In this document: piece by piece, positions 28,970-40,000 of the stretch
Layout: every line of letters starts with the position of its first letter
Position numbering within the stretch: position 1 is the first letter of the stretch
Assembly: GCA_032718475.1 (NCBI GenBank)
Contig: JAUCBJ010000968.1
Span: 24,787 to 88,786, forward strand
DNA length: 64,000 nt
DNA from: Nemertoderma westbladi
Lineage: Eukaryota; Animalia; Xenacoelomorpha
Direction of reading: 5' to 3'
The notes under the pieces: generated by a model
The model's database searches: none
The model's input: the letters and a program-made list of their open reading frames with translations, nothing else
Told to the model about the DNA's origin: nothing
Program-made: the position numbers and the translations under genes

Positions 28970-31123
28970 CTAGAAAGCCCGTGGCCCTTCGGGCCACGGC
29001 TTTCTAGTTCACAAGCCTATTCACCATTCCAAACATTAGATTAATTAATTAACTTAACATAATTAACAAAACGTCACATGATTGAGTGTTCTCTCAAACA
29101 AAAGGACTGAAGCTGTTTTACTTTTCAAATTTCTACATAATACGTACAACGTACAACGTATTATGCTACTTAGGTTGTATAAAGTAGATAAATAACTGCC
29201 AAGTATCATTTCCAAAGGATTACAAATAGTAAAAATATGGAAGAAGGTTAAACTGTAGAACTGCAGGTGGTTATCATCCTCGTAAACACAAACTATAGTT
29301 TATTTAGTTTAGTAGGTACTGTACAGTACTTTTAGATCGCTGCCAAGAATAAACTCTAAAATAATTTAAATGGGAGAAGGATTTCACTTTCAGACAATTC
29401 GTCCCCTAATGGCGGACTGGAGAACTGCAGACTGGTCAACGTCCTTCCCAAAGACGCAGCTTATGATGTAGTACAGTAGACCTCTGCCAAGTATCAGCCT
29501 AAAAGCATTTTTAATAAATAAATGAGAGAATGTTTTCACTTTTCAGACATTTCGCACCCTCTAGCAGTATACTGGAGAACTGCAGACTGGTTAGCATCCG
29601 CCCCAAACACACAGCCTATGGTGTAGTATACCTTTCCCAAGTATAAAAAAAAAGCATTAGAAAAAACGAAATGGGAGAAGGTATTCATTTCAGACATTTC
29701 ACCCTCTAGTGGTAAGACTGTGGAATTGCAGATTTGTCAGAGTTCTCCACAAAAACGCAGTCTAGGGGGTAGTAGACCTCTGCAAAGTATCAGCATAAAA
29801 GCATTATTAATAACGAAATGGGTGAAGGTTTTCACTTTCAGACATTTCGCCCCCTAGTGGCAGACAGAGGAATTGCAGATTGGTCAGAGTACTCCACAAA
29901 CACGCAGCCTATGGTGTAGTAGACCTCTGCCAAGTATCAGCCTATAAGTACTATAAACAACGAAATGGGATAAGGTTTTCACTTTTAGATATTTCGCCCC
30001 CTAGCGGCCGAATGGAGAACTGCAGGTAGTTGGGCGTCCTCCACAGACACACACCATATGGTGTAATACACATCTGCCAAGTGTCAGCCTAAAAGCATTA
30101 TTAATAACAAAATGGGATAAGGTTTTCACTTTCAGACATTTGGCCCCCTAGTGGCAGACAGAGGAATTGCAGATTGGTCAGAGTTCTCCACAAACACGCA
30201 GCCTAGGGTGTAGTAGACCTCTGCCAAGTATCAGCCTATAAGTATTATAAACAACGAAATGGGATAAGGTTTTCACTTTCAGATATTTCGCCCCCTAGCG
30301 GCTGAATGGAGAACTGCAGGTTGTTGGGCGTCCTCCACAGACACTCACCAAATGGTGTAATACACATCTGCCAAGTGTCAGCCTAAAAGCATTATTAATA
30401 ACGAAATGTGATAAGGTTTTCACTTTCAGACATTTGGCCCCCTAGCGGTAGACTGGAGAAATGCAGACTGATTCTAGCTCCTCCCCAAACACGCTGTATG
30501 GTGTAGTAGACCTCTGCCAAGTATCAGCAAAAAAGCATTATAAACAAAGAAATGGGATAAGGTTTTCACTTTCAGATATTTCTCCCCCTTGCGGCAGACT
30601 GGGGAATTGCAGATTGGTCAGCATCCTCCCCAAACACACAGCCTATGGTGTAGAAGACCTCTGCCATGTATCAGCTAAAAGGCTTTAATAATAACGAAAT
30701 GGGAGATGTTTTAAGTTTCGGATATTTCGCCCCCTAGCGGCAGACTGGAGAACTGCAGATTGATCAGTGTCCTCCCAAACACACAGTCTATGGTCGGGAA
30801 CAGATCTACAAAGTATCATTTAGAACAGATTAAGTCTGGTATCAAAAAGTAGCATAATAGTCGGACCTAACATGTATAGTGACAGAATGAACTGCTAGGC
30901 CTAACTGCGCTACCGGTACCAAATTCACGAAATCTGCATTCACGCAAACAAACGCGTAAAATAAGACTCGAGATAGCGACAGTGCACGTGCTCGTGACGA
31001 GAGCTTTCGTTCGATGTATCGCGAGCTCCGATTGGTGCTTGTGTGTAGAAACGTATAGCTTGGACAGACAAGCAGACAGACAGACAGACAGACAGACAGA
31101 CACATGATATTTATATATATAGA
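28970..31123 (-). mobile_element. Non-autonomous Helitron, type B copy 3
   Basis: Same termini; 5' TC preceded by A on the minus strand. Confidence 0.85.
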
Positions 31124-32382
31124 TAACAGTAAAACAAAAATGTTATAAACCTCTCCTTCCATGCAGCCAATGATTGAGAAAGCAGAATTACTCTTGAGCA
31201 ATTCGCAACAGACAACCCAAACCCACCCCAATCAACACTCCAGCCTGCTTGCTCCTTATCTGTGCCCAGCCAGCTAGCTGCGATTTCAATAATTACCTTA
31301 ACGTTGCTATGATACAGAAATCCTTCCCTATTCACTACAGCACTAAGAATAGGCCAATTCAATCGTGCTTGGCGAATATGACATATTTATACACTATTTG
31401 ATTTTTAATCAATAAATAATCATACATATTTATATTAAACACTCGAATAAAATAAATACTTTGTGAGAATGGGACACGGCGAATCTACTCATGTTAATTT
31501 TATACCAGATGGGATAAATGTTACCCCTCTAAATAATTAATTACCGATAGAAGAACCGAAATGATTCGATACATTTCGCCCGAACGAACACAAAATACGC
31601 ATTCACGCAAGCAAACGCGTAAAATTAGCCTCGAGATTGCGATAGTTTACGTGCTCAGGACGAGAGCTTTCGATCGATGTATCATTTGCTCAGATTGGTG
31701 CATGTGTGTCGGAGCGTATAGCTTGGACAGACTCACAGACTCATAGACTCACAGACTCACAGACAGACAGAGGATATTTATATATAGATTAATTTTATAC
31801 CAGATGGGATAAATGTTACCCCTCTAAATAATTAATTACCGATAGAAGAACCGAAATGATTCGATACATTTCGCCCGAACGAACACAAAATACGCATTCA
31901 CGCAAGCAAACGCGTAAAATTAGCCTCGAGATTGCGATAGTTTACGTGCTCAGGACGAGAGCTTTCGATCGATGTATCATTTGCTCAGATTGGTGCATGT
32001 GTGTCGGAGCGTATAGCTTGGACAGACTCACAGACTCATAGACTCACAGACTCACAGACAGACAGAGGATATTTATATATATAGATTAATTTTATACCAG
32101 ATGGGATAAATGTTACCCCTCTAAATAATTAATTACCGATAGAAGAACCGAAATGATTCGATACATTTCGCCCGAACGAACACAAAATACGCATTCACGC
32201 AAGCAAACGCGTAAAATTAGCCTCGAGATTGCGATAGTTTACGTGCTCAGGACGAGAGCTTTCGATCGATGTATCATTTGCTCAGATTGGTGCATGTGTG
32301 TCGGAGCGTATAGCTTGGACAGACTCACAGACTCATAGACTCACAGACTCACAGACAGACAGAGGATATTTATATATATAGA
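31124..32382 (-). mobile_element. Partial Helitron (A-like body, divergent 5' end) whose 5'-terminal ~296 bp is triplicated (31494-31788, 31789-32085, 32086-32382)
   Basis: Three near-identical units, each ending ...GATATTTATATATAGA on the plus strand (5'-TC on minus). Identical ORFs start at 31561, 31856 and 32153. Confidence 0.8.
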
Positions 32383-32699
32383 TAGATAATATATGTACCT
32401 TTACTTTCCCTGTTTCGGGGCCAGTAGGCCCTATTTAGTTAACCATATGCAACCAAGTGCGAACAAGTCCAACCTAGTGCCAGTTAGTCAAACCACCTGT
32501 CAGCGAGTGCAACCGGGTGCCAGTAGTAGGTAATTAATCTTAAGTCCAACCGGGCGGCCAGGTGTCAGTACAATAAAACAAGCGCTTTGGCGCATCCCGG
32601 CTGAAGAACGGTATTAGTACGTTTGAACGACACTAGCCAAACAATCCTGAAATCAGATAGAAACTGATAAAAATTGTTACCGGTACCGGTATATCAGTA

Positions 32700-32957
32700 T
32701 TGTTAGGCCTACTGTTACTTACTGGGCCTACTGTTAGTGTACTGTACTCGTGTACTGGGAAACTTATCGAGACTGAGGAGCGCGCTATTGAGTTTGCACA
32801 AAGCGTGGAGCTTCTCCCCCGAACTCTACAACAAAATGGGCAACCAACCCTACGTCTTTGTCCTTTTCCGCCATTTCCGGGTTGTACTGCGCAATCTAAA
32901 ATTACGCTGGTGAAGGACAGGCAGACAGGGGATTCATGCAGCTTGTTTGGCGTTTGA
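32700..32957 (+). pseudogene. Possible N-terminal relic of an ISXO2/Merlin-like transposase
   Basis: TEERAIEFAQSVELLP...C...C resembles the N-terminus of Merlin/IS1595-type transposases by eye only; no DDE core is visible. Confidence 0.3.
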
Positions 32958-33710
32958 CACGACGGTTTTCAATATCTGTGCGAATATTTATTCCCTTAGC
33001 ATTCTCATTGCTGCTTCTATCAGTCTATACTATGTTAGTGCCATACTGCAGTACTGTAGCAACCAACAACATTCTATAGCCCAGGCAGCCAGGTTGCAGG
33101 TTGGTGGAAAAACAGTTCAAAAATAAATCACGGTTCTGTTAATCACGGTTAGATTTCCAAGCGGCGTCAAGAAGAGTTATGGTTAATAGGTACTGCACTG
33201 CTGGCTCATCCCGGGGCTGGCGGACACCGGCTGTCACTAATCCTGGACCTGTCCTGCATTGTTTAGGCCTATTTGACAAAAGGTAGCGGCAGCCATACTC
33301 TTTACATCACTTAGCTTTAAGGCGTCAGGTTTTCTTCAGTCTGCATGTGTGCTGTGCTGCTGTGCACTTCTTACTGGTCCGCAATGCCTAATCTTTAAAA
33401 TCACATACGGATTATTCTCTATAGGAATCCATTACATACGCGTATGTGCGTGCATACGGATACGGCAAATGCATACGGATACGGATACGGCGAAAAGTTA
33501 TACCCCTAATTTTGGCTCAGATTAGAGGCCATTGTATTACACAGCATACAGACTGACAGAGCTACCCGGTAAAAGTGCCCTCTACACTGCTCTATACATA
33601 CATACCGGTACAGTGCTTCCCGCTCCCGGCAGCTCGGTACCGTACCAGCGTACCGGTAACATAAGAACCACTGTACATTGTAGGCCTGCCGTTACCACCA
33701 ATACACTAAA

Positions 33711-34346
33711 ATGGAGACCTACGACGAACTAAAAGCCTCTCTAAAGGCTTTAATAAATAAAAAGTCGGGAATTGAGTCGGAGATTAAAGAACTCACGTCG
33801 GTTCTGGAATCCCAAGGTAATGTAGGAATGCAGACAGCATTGGTAGACTCCGAGGGTTTCCCGAGGGCGGACGTCGACGTGTTCTCGGTAGTGACGACGA
33901 GACAGCAGATAAATCGACTACAAAACGACCACAAAACGCTGATGCTTGACATCGAGGAACGCTTAAACGCGCTGCACCAGCGGGAACGGGAGGACAAGGA
34001 GTTCCGAGCGCATGTTAGTGTTCCTGTCCACGTTCCGCACCCTAGCGAGCCGTTCCTCACCGTGGACGCGGTAGCCGAAGAGAGTCCGGCGGAGCGGGCC
34101 GGGTTGCTGCTCGGGGATCGGATCACTCAGTTCGGTTCCATTACGGCGGGGAACTTTGAGGAACTGCGTAACATCTCGGATGTTGTCGGTCACAGTCAGG
34201 GGAAGAGCGTTCCGCTTATAGTGGTGCGTGGGGAACGTAAGGAGTTGGTCCATCTGTCATTAGTTCCTCAGCTGTGGAAGGGAAGGGGTTTGATTGGTTG
34301 TCTCATAAACATTATTAGTAAGTCTGAATCTGATTATGATAGATAA
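33711..34346 (+). CDS. PSMD9: 26S proteasome non-ATPase regulatory subunit 9 (p27/Nas2), intronless
   Basis: Nas2_N motif LVDSEGFPRADVDV...R..I..LQNDHK, PDZ domain (V..ESPAERAGLLLGDRI.QFGS) and C-terminal WKGRGLIGC; 211 aa. Confidence 0.95.
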   Translation: METYDELKASLKALINKKSGIESEIKELTSVLESQGNVGMQTALVDSEGFPRADVDVFSVVTTRQQINRLQNDHKTLMLDIEERLNALHQREREDKEFRAHVSVPVHVPHPSEPFLTVDAVAEESPAERAGLLLGDRITQFGSITAGNFEELRNISDVVGHSQGKSVPLIVVRGERKELVHLSLVPQLWKGRGLIGCLINIISKSESDYDR

Positions 34347-34951
34347 TTGTAACTATAAGCCTACCGGTACCTTCCCTTATCTATTATTAGTTGTAACTAT
34401 TTTTATATTATATTGTTATTCATTAACATCAGTAAATCTATTAGTATTTCTATTCTACGAAACTGGGCGATGTTTTTTCTGGGTCTTTCTTTCACATTGG
34501 GATAATAGGGGTTACAGACGACACCATCACCTGAAATAGTGTCCAAATTCGGGGACAGAGGGCGAAACTTAACGCAAATTCCATCTCGGCGAATTAATAT
34601 CTAATATCCTGCCTCAATGCTAAATTATAAATTTAGGGGAATATATCAGGTTTCAGTGGCACTTATTATAACCAAAACAATAAACAGAAGTCAGTATAAC
34701 AACAAGTTACGGTTTTATTTTTGAGAGTAATCAGCTGTTATTTGCGTCGAATTTCCCCTGGAGATTGAGGAATTTAATTGCGTCGAAAGTCCCCCCCCCC
34801 CCCCTTGATGGAATTTGAAAATCAGGTTCTGATGGAAATTCTCGTACATTTTTTATACAAAGTTTAACTAATCCGAAACATCAGCCAGGAGAAGTACATA
34901 CAGGACAACATTTGAGAAATTTCAATTGAGAACTGAATCAATTTTGACTAA

Positions 34952-35778
34952 TTTCAGTTACTTACAGTTTCAGTATTAAAAAATGTAGCATTTCAGTTAC
35001 AGTTACAGTATTACAAAATTGAGCATTTCAGTTACAGTATTACAAAATTGAGCATTTCAGCTACAGTTTCAGTATTACAAAATTGAGCATTTCAGTTACA
35101 GTTTCAATATTACAAAATTGAGCATTTCAGTTACAGTTTCAATATTACAAAATTGAGCTTTTCAGTATTACAAAATTGAGCATTTCAGTTACAGTTTCAA
35201 TATTACAAAATTGAGCATTTCAATATTACAAAATTGAGCATTTCAGTTACAGTATTACAAAATTGAGCATTTCAGTTACAGTTTCAGTATTACAAAATTG
35301 AGCATTTCAGTTACAGTATTACAAAATTGAGCATTTCAGCTACAGTTTCAGTATTACAAAATTGAGCATTTCAGTTACAGTTTCAATATTACAAAATTGA
35401 GCATTTCAGTTACAGTTTCAATATTACAAAATTGAGCTTTTCAGTATTACAAAATTGAGCATTTCAGTTACAGTTTCAATATTACAAAATTGAGCATTTC
35501 AGTATTACAAAATTGAGCATTTCAGTATTACAAAATTGAGCATTTCAGTTACAGTTTCAATATTACAAAATTGAGCATTTCAGTTACAGTTTCAATATTA
35601 CAAAATTGAGCTTTTCAGTATTACAAAATTGAGCATTTCAGTATTACAAAATTGAGCATTTCAGTTCCAGTTACAGTATTACCAAATTGAGCATTTCAGT
35701 TACAGTTTCAGTATTAGAAAATTGAGCATTTCAGTTTCAGTTACAGTATTGATCCTTATAAAATTTCAGTTTCAGTTA
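34952..35778. repeat. Modular minisatellite: 23-bp core CAGTATTACAAAATTGAGCATTT plus 0-2 CAGTT(A/T) hexamers (23/29/35-bp units)
   Basis: Unit read directly from the sequence. Confidence 0.93.
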
Positions 35779-37072
35779 TAGAATCAATATATTATCCCAC
35801 GTAGTTTGCAGTCATTGAATGAAATATGTCAGTAAAGGCTGAGCTCTTTTCACCTTGGTGTAGGATAGATATATGACGACCAAAGGAAGAGAACGAGCAT
35901 AACGAGGCTGATAAAGCTAATAATAATAATAATCTAATAATAATCGCGGGCTAATAATTCCTGAGACCTTCAAAACGTATGTACCTATTTGTGCTAAAAT
36001 CAATAAATTTTAAGTACAAAAAAAAACAAAGTCTCTGGCTCTGGTTCCGGTATTTTTCAAACTGATTCTCTCGGTAGGTCTCTGGCTCACCGGTATTAAG
36101 AAAAACAGGTCTCTGTTTCAACTCTACACATTATCGACCTTCATTCATACTCACTCCCAATTGTTTTTTCAATGGTTTTGAGTTCAAAGCTCAAAGGTTT
36201 ACTACTTGTTTACATAACATAATATTAACTCGTTATCTTTCATAACCCATCGATATTTATTTATTTAATTCTCATTCGTAATACCTTCCACTGGCATAAC
36301 ACGTTTTTATTTCAAATTGTTTCTTCTTACGTAGATGAATCACCATTTTTCTGGAAGTAAATGTTTGCATTCACTTGTATTTAAGCATTCGTGCGCCGAA
36401 TTCATTTCTGTAATATTTGCTTTTCGTGCATGTATCTTGACTAGAAATTATAGGATTTTTTTTATTTATTTTTATTAGAAATTGACTAACGTTTTGACTG
36501 ACATTTATTTTTTCTCATGTTATATTGGACATTCTGTGCTCACAATATATAATATTACATAATATAATATATTATAACGATATATTACATAAAATATTAT
36601 ATAATTCCTAATATTCATAATTCATAATATACGAAGAATTATTATATTTTTGTACAAGAGCTTTATTATACTTTTTTTTCATTGCATATAAAATGTGTAA
36701 AAGTGTAAAAATGTATCTTACTTACTAGCATTACTTAGTTGGCATCGATTCGATTAGCAGCAATTCAATATTTGAAAATTTATATTAGTAATTGAGATTT
36801 ACAAGTTGAAGTTACCCTTGATCTAACTATCTACTACTACTATAATTATGGTTTATTGTGACATAAAATACAAGAATAGACCATATCCTGAAATAGCCTA
36901 CATTGTCTTTAATTCATGCACCCCCCAAATTTTTCAAGAAATCTTAATGAAAATGAAAATCATTATAAAAACTAACTACATAAAAGGTGCCCCCCTCCCA
37001 CTTAATAGGGTTAAGTTTCAAGAGACTTAAAATTTTGGTTCGGCGTATATTTTATTAAATTACTTGAGTATT

Positions 37073-40000
37073 GTAAGTTATTAGTTTGATAACACCAAAG
37101 TAATTTATTAGTTGGATAACACAAAAGTAATTTAATGTTTGGATAACACCAAAGTAAGTTGTTAGTTGGATAACACCAAAGTAAGTTAATAGTTGGATAA
37201 CACCAAAGTAAGTTATTAGTTGGATAACACAAAAGTAATTTAATATTTGGATAACACCAAAGTAAGTTGTTAGTTGGATAACACCAAAGTAAGTTAAGAG
37301 TTGGATAACACCAAAGTAAGTTGTTAGTTGGATAACACCAAAGTAAGTTAATAGTTGGATAACACCAAAGTAAGTTAATAGTTGGATAACACCAAAGTAA
37401 TTTAATATTTGGATAACACCAAAGTAAGTTAATAGTTGGATAACACCAAAGTAAGTTGTTAGTTGGATAACACCAAAGTAAGTTAATAGTTGGATAACAC
37501 CAAAGTAAGTTAATAGTTGGATAACACCAAAGTAATTTAATAGTTGGATAACACCAAAGTAAGTTAATAGTTGGATAACACCAAAGTAAGTTGTTAGTTG
37601 GATAACACCAAAGTAAGTTATTAGTTGGATAACACCAAAGTAATTTAATATTTGGATAACACCAAAGTAAGTTATTAGTTGGATAACACAAAAGTAATTT
37701 AATGTTTGGATAACACCAAAGTAAGTTGTTAGTTGGATAACACCAAAGTAAGTTAATAGTTGGATAACACCAAAGTAAGTTATTAGTTGGATAACACAAA
37801 AGTAATTTAATATTTGGATAACACCAAAGTAAGTTGTTAGTTGGATAACACCAAAGTAAGTTAATAGTTGGATAACACCAAAGTAAGTTGTTAGTTGGAT
37901 AACACCAAAGTAAGTTAATAGTTGGATAACACCAAAGTAAGTTAATAGTTGGATAACACCAAAGTAATTTAATATTTGGATAACACCAAAGTAAGTTATT
38001 AGTTGGATAACACAAAAGTAATTTAATATTTGGATAACACCAAAGTAAGTTTTGTTAGTTGGATAACACCAAAGTAAGTTAATAGTTGGATAACACCAAA
38101 GTAAGTTGTTAGTTGGATAACACCAAAGTAAGTTATTAGTTGGATAACACCAAAGTAATTTAATATTTGGATAACACCAAAGTAAGTTATTAGTTGGATA
38201 ACACAAAAGTAATTTAATATTTGGATAACACCAAAGTAAGTTGTTAGTTGGATAACACCAAAGTAATTTAATATTTGGATAACACCAAAGTAAGTTATTA
38301 GTTGGATAACACAAAAGTAATTTAATATTTGGATAACACCAAAGCAAGTTATTAGTTGGATAACACAAAAGTAATTTAATATTTGGATAACACCAAAGTA
38401 AGTTGTTAGTTGGATAACACCAAAGTAAGTTAATAGTTGGATAACACCAAAGTAAGTTGTTAGTTGGATAACACCAAAGTAAGTTATTAGTTGGATAACA
38501 CCAAAGTAATTTAATATTTGGATAACACCAAAGTAAGTTATTAGTTGGATAACACAAAAGTAATTTAATATTTGGATAACACCAAAGTAAGTTGTTAGTT
38601 GGATAACACCAAAGTAAGTTAATAGTTGGATAACACCAAAGTAAGTTGTTAGTTGGATAACACCAAAGTAAGTTAATAGTTGGATAACACCAAAGTAAGT
38701 TAATAGTTGGATAACACCAAAGTAATTTAATATTTGGATAACACCAAAGTAAGTTATTAGTTGGATAACACAAAAGTAATTTAATATTTGGATAACACCA
38801 AAGTAAGTTGTTAGTTGGATAACACCAAAGTAAGTTAATAGTTGGATAACACCAAAGTAAGTTGTTAGTTGGATAACACCAAAGTAAGTTAATAGTTGGA
38901 TAACACCAAAGTAAGTTAATAGTTGGATAACACCAAAGTAATTTAATATTTGGATAACACCAAAGTAAGTTATTAGTTGGATAACACAAAAGTAATTTAA
39001 TATTTGGATAACACCAAAGTAAGTTGTTAGTTGGATAACACCAAAGTAAGTTAATAGTTGGATAACACCAAAGTAAGTTGTTAGTTGGATAACACCAAAG
39101 TAAGTTATTAGTTGGATAACACCAAAGTAATTTAATATTTGGATAACACCAAAGTAAGTTATTAGTTGGATAACACAAAAGTAATTTAATATTTGGATAA
39201 CACCAAAGCAAGTTATTAGTTGGATAACACAAAAGTAATTTAATATTTGGATAACACCAAAGTAAGTTGTTAGTTGGATAACACCAAAGTAAGTTAATAG
39301 TTGGATAACACCAAAGTAAGTTATTAGTTGGATAACACCAAAGTAAGTTATTAGTTGGATAACACCAAAGTAAGTTGTTAGTTGGATAACACCAAAGTAA
39401 GTTAATAGTTGGATAACACCAAAGTAATTTAATATTTGGATAACACCAAAGTAATTTATTAGTTGGATAACACCAAAGTAAGTTATTAGTTTGATAACAC
39501 CAAAGTAAGTTATTAGTTGGATAACACCAAAGTAATGTAATATTTGGATAACACCAAAGTAATTTAATAGTTGGATAACACCATTTAAGTAATTTATTAG
39601 TTGGATAACACCAATGTAAGTTATTAGTTGGATAACACCAAAGTAAGTTATTAGTTGGATAACACCAAAGTAAGTTAATAGTTGGATAACACCAAAGTAA
39701 GTTAATAGTTGGATAACACCAAAGTAATTTAATATTTTGATAACACCAAAGTAATTTATTAGTTGGATAACACCAAAGTAAGTTATTAGTTTGATAACAC
39801 CAAAGTAAGTTATTAGTTGGATAACACCAAAGTAAGTTGTTAGTTGGATAACACCAAAGTAAGTTAATAGTTGGATAACACCAAAGTAATTTCATATTTG
39901 GATAACACCAAAGTAATTTATTAGTTGGATAACACCAAAGTAAGTTATTAGTTTGATAACACCAAAGTAAGTTATTAGTTGGATAACACCAAAGTAATGT

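Larger units (their letters stand above)
19439..33505. mobile_element. ~14 kb non-autonomous long-TIR DNA transposon (Mutator/Merlin/Foldback-like) carrying nested Helitrons
   Basis: 19439-19950 is the inverted copy of 32955-33505 (GGGTATAACTTTTCGCCGTATCCGTATCC...). CTAATTTTG is directly repeated at 19430-19438 and 33506-33514. Confidence 0.9.

Noticed and set aside
19982-31123. CRISPR-like or integron-like regularly spaced repeats, and hairpins resembling terminators
   Set aside because: The sequence between motifs is itself repeated (no unique spacers), there are no cas or integrase genes, the context is eukaryotic, and the hairpins are Helitron 3' ends.
33719-34253. Antisense ORFs over PSMD9 (similar ones lie over the pLGIC at 59044-59719)
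   Set aside because: Shadow ORFs of real coding sequence with no recognisable motifs.
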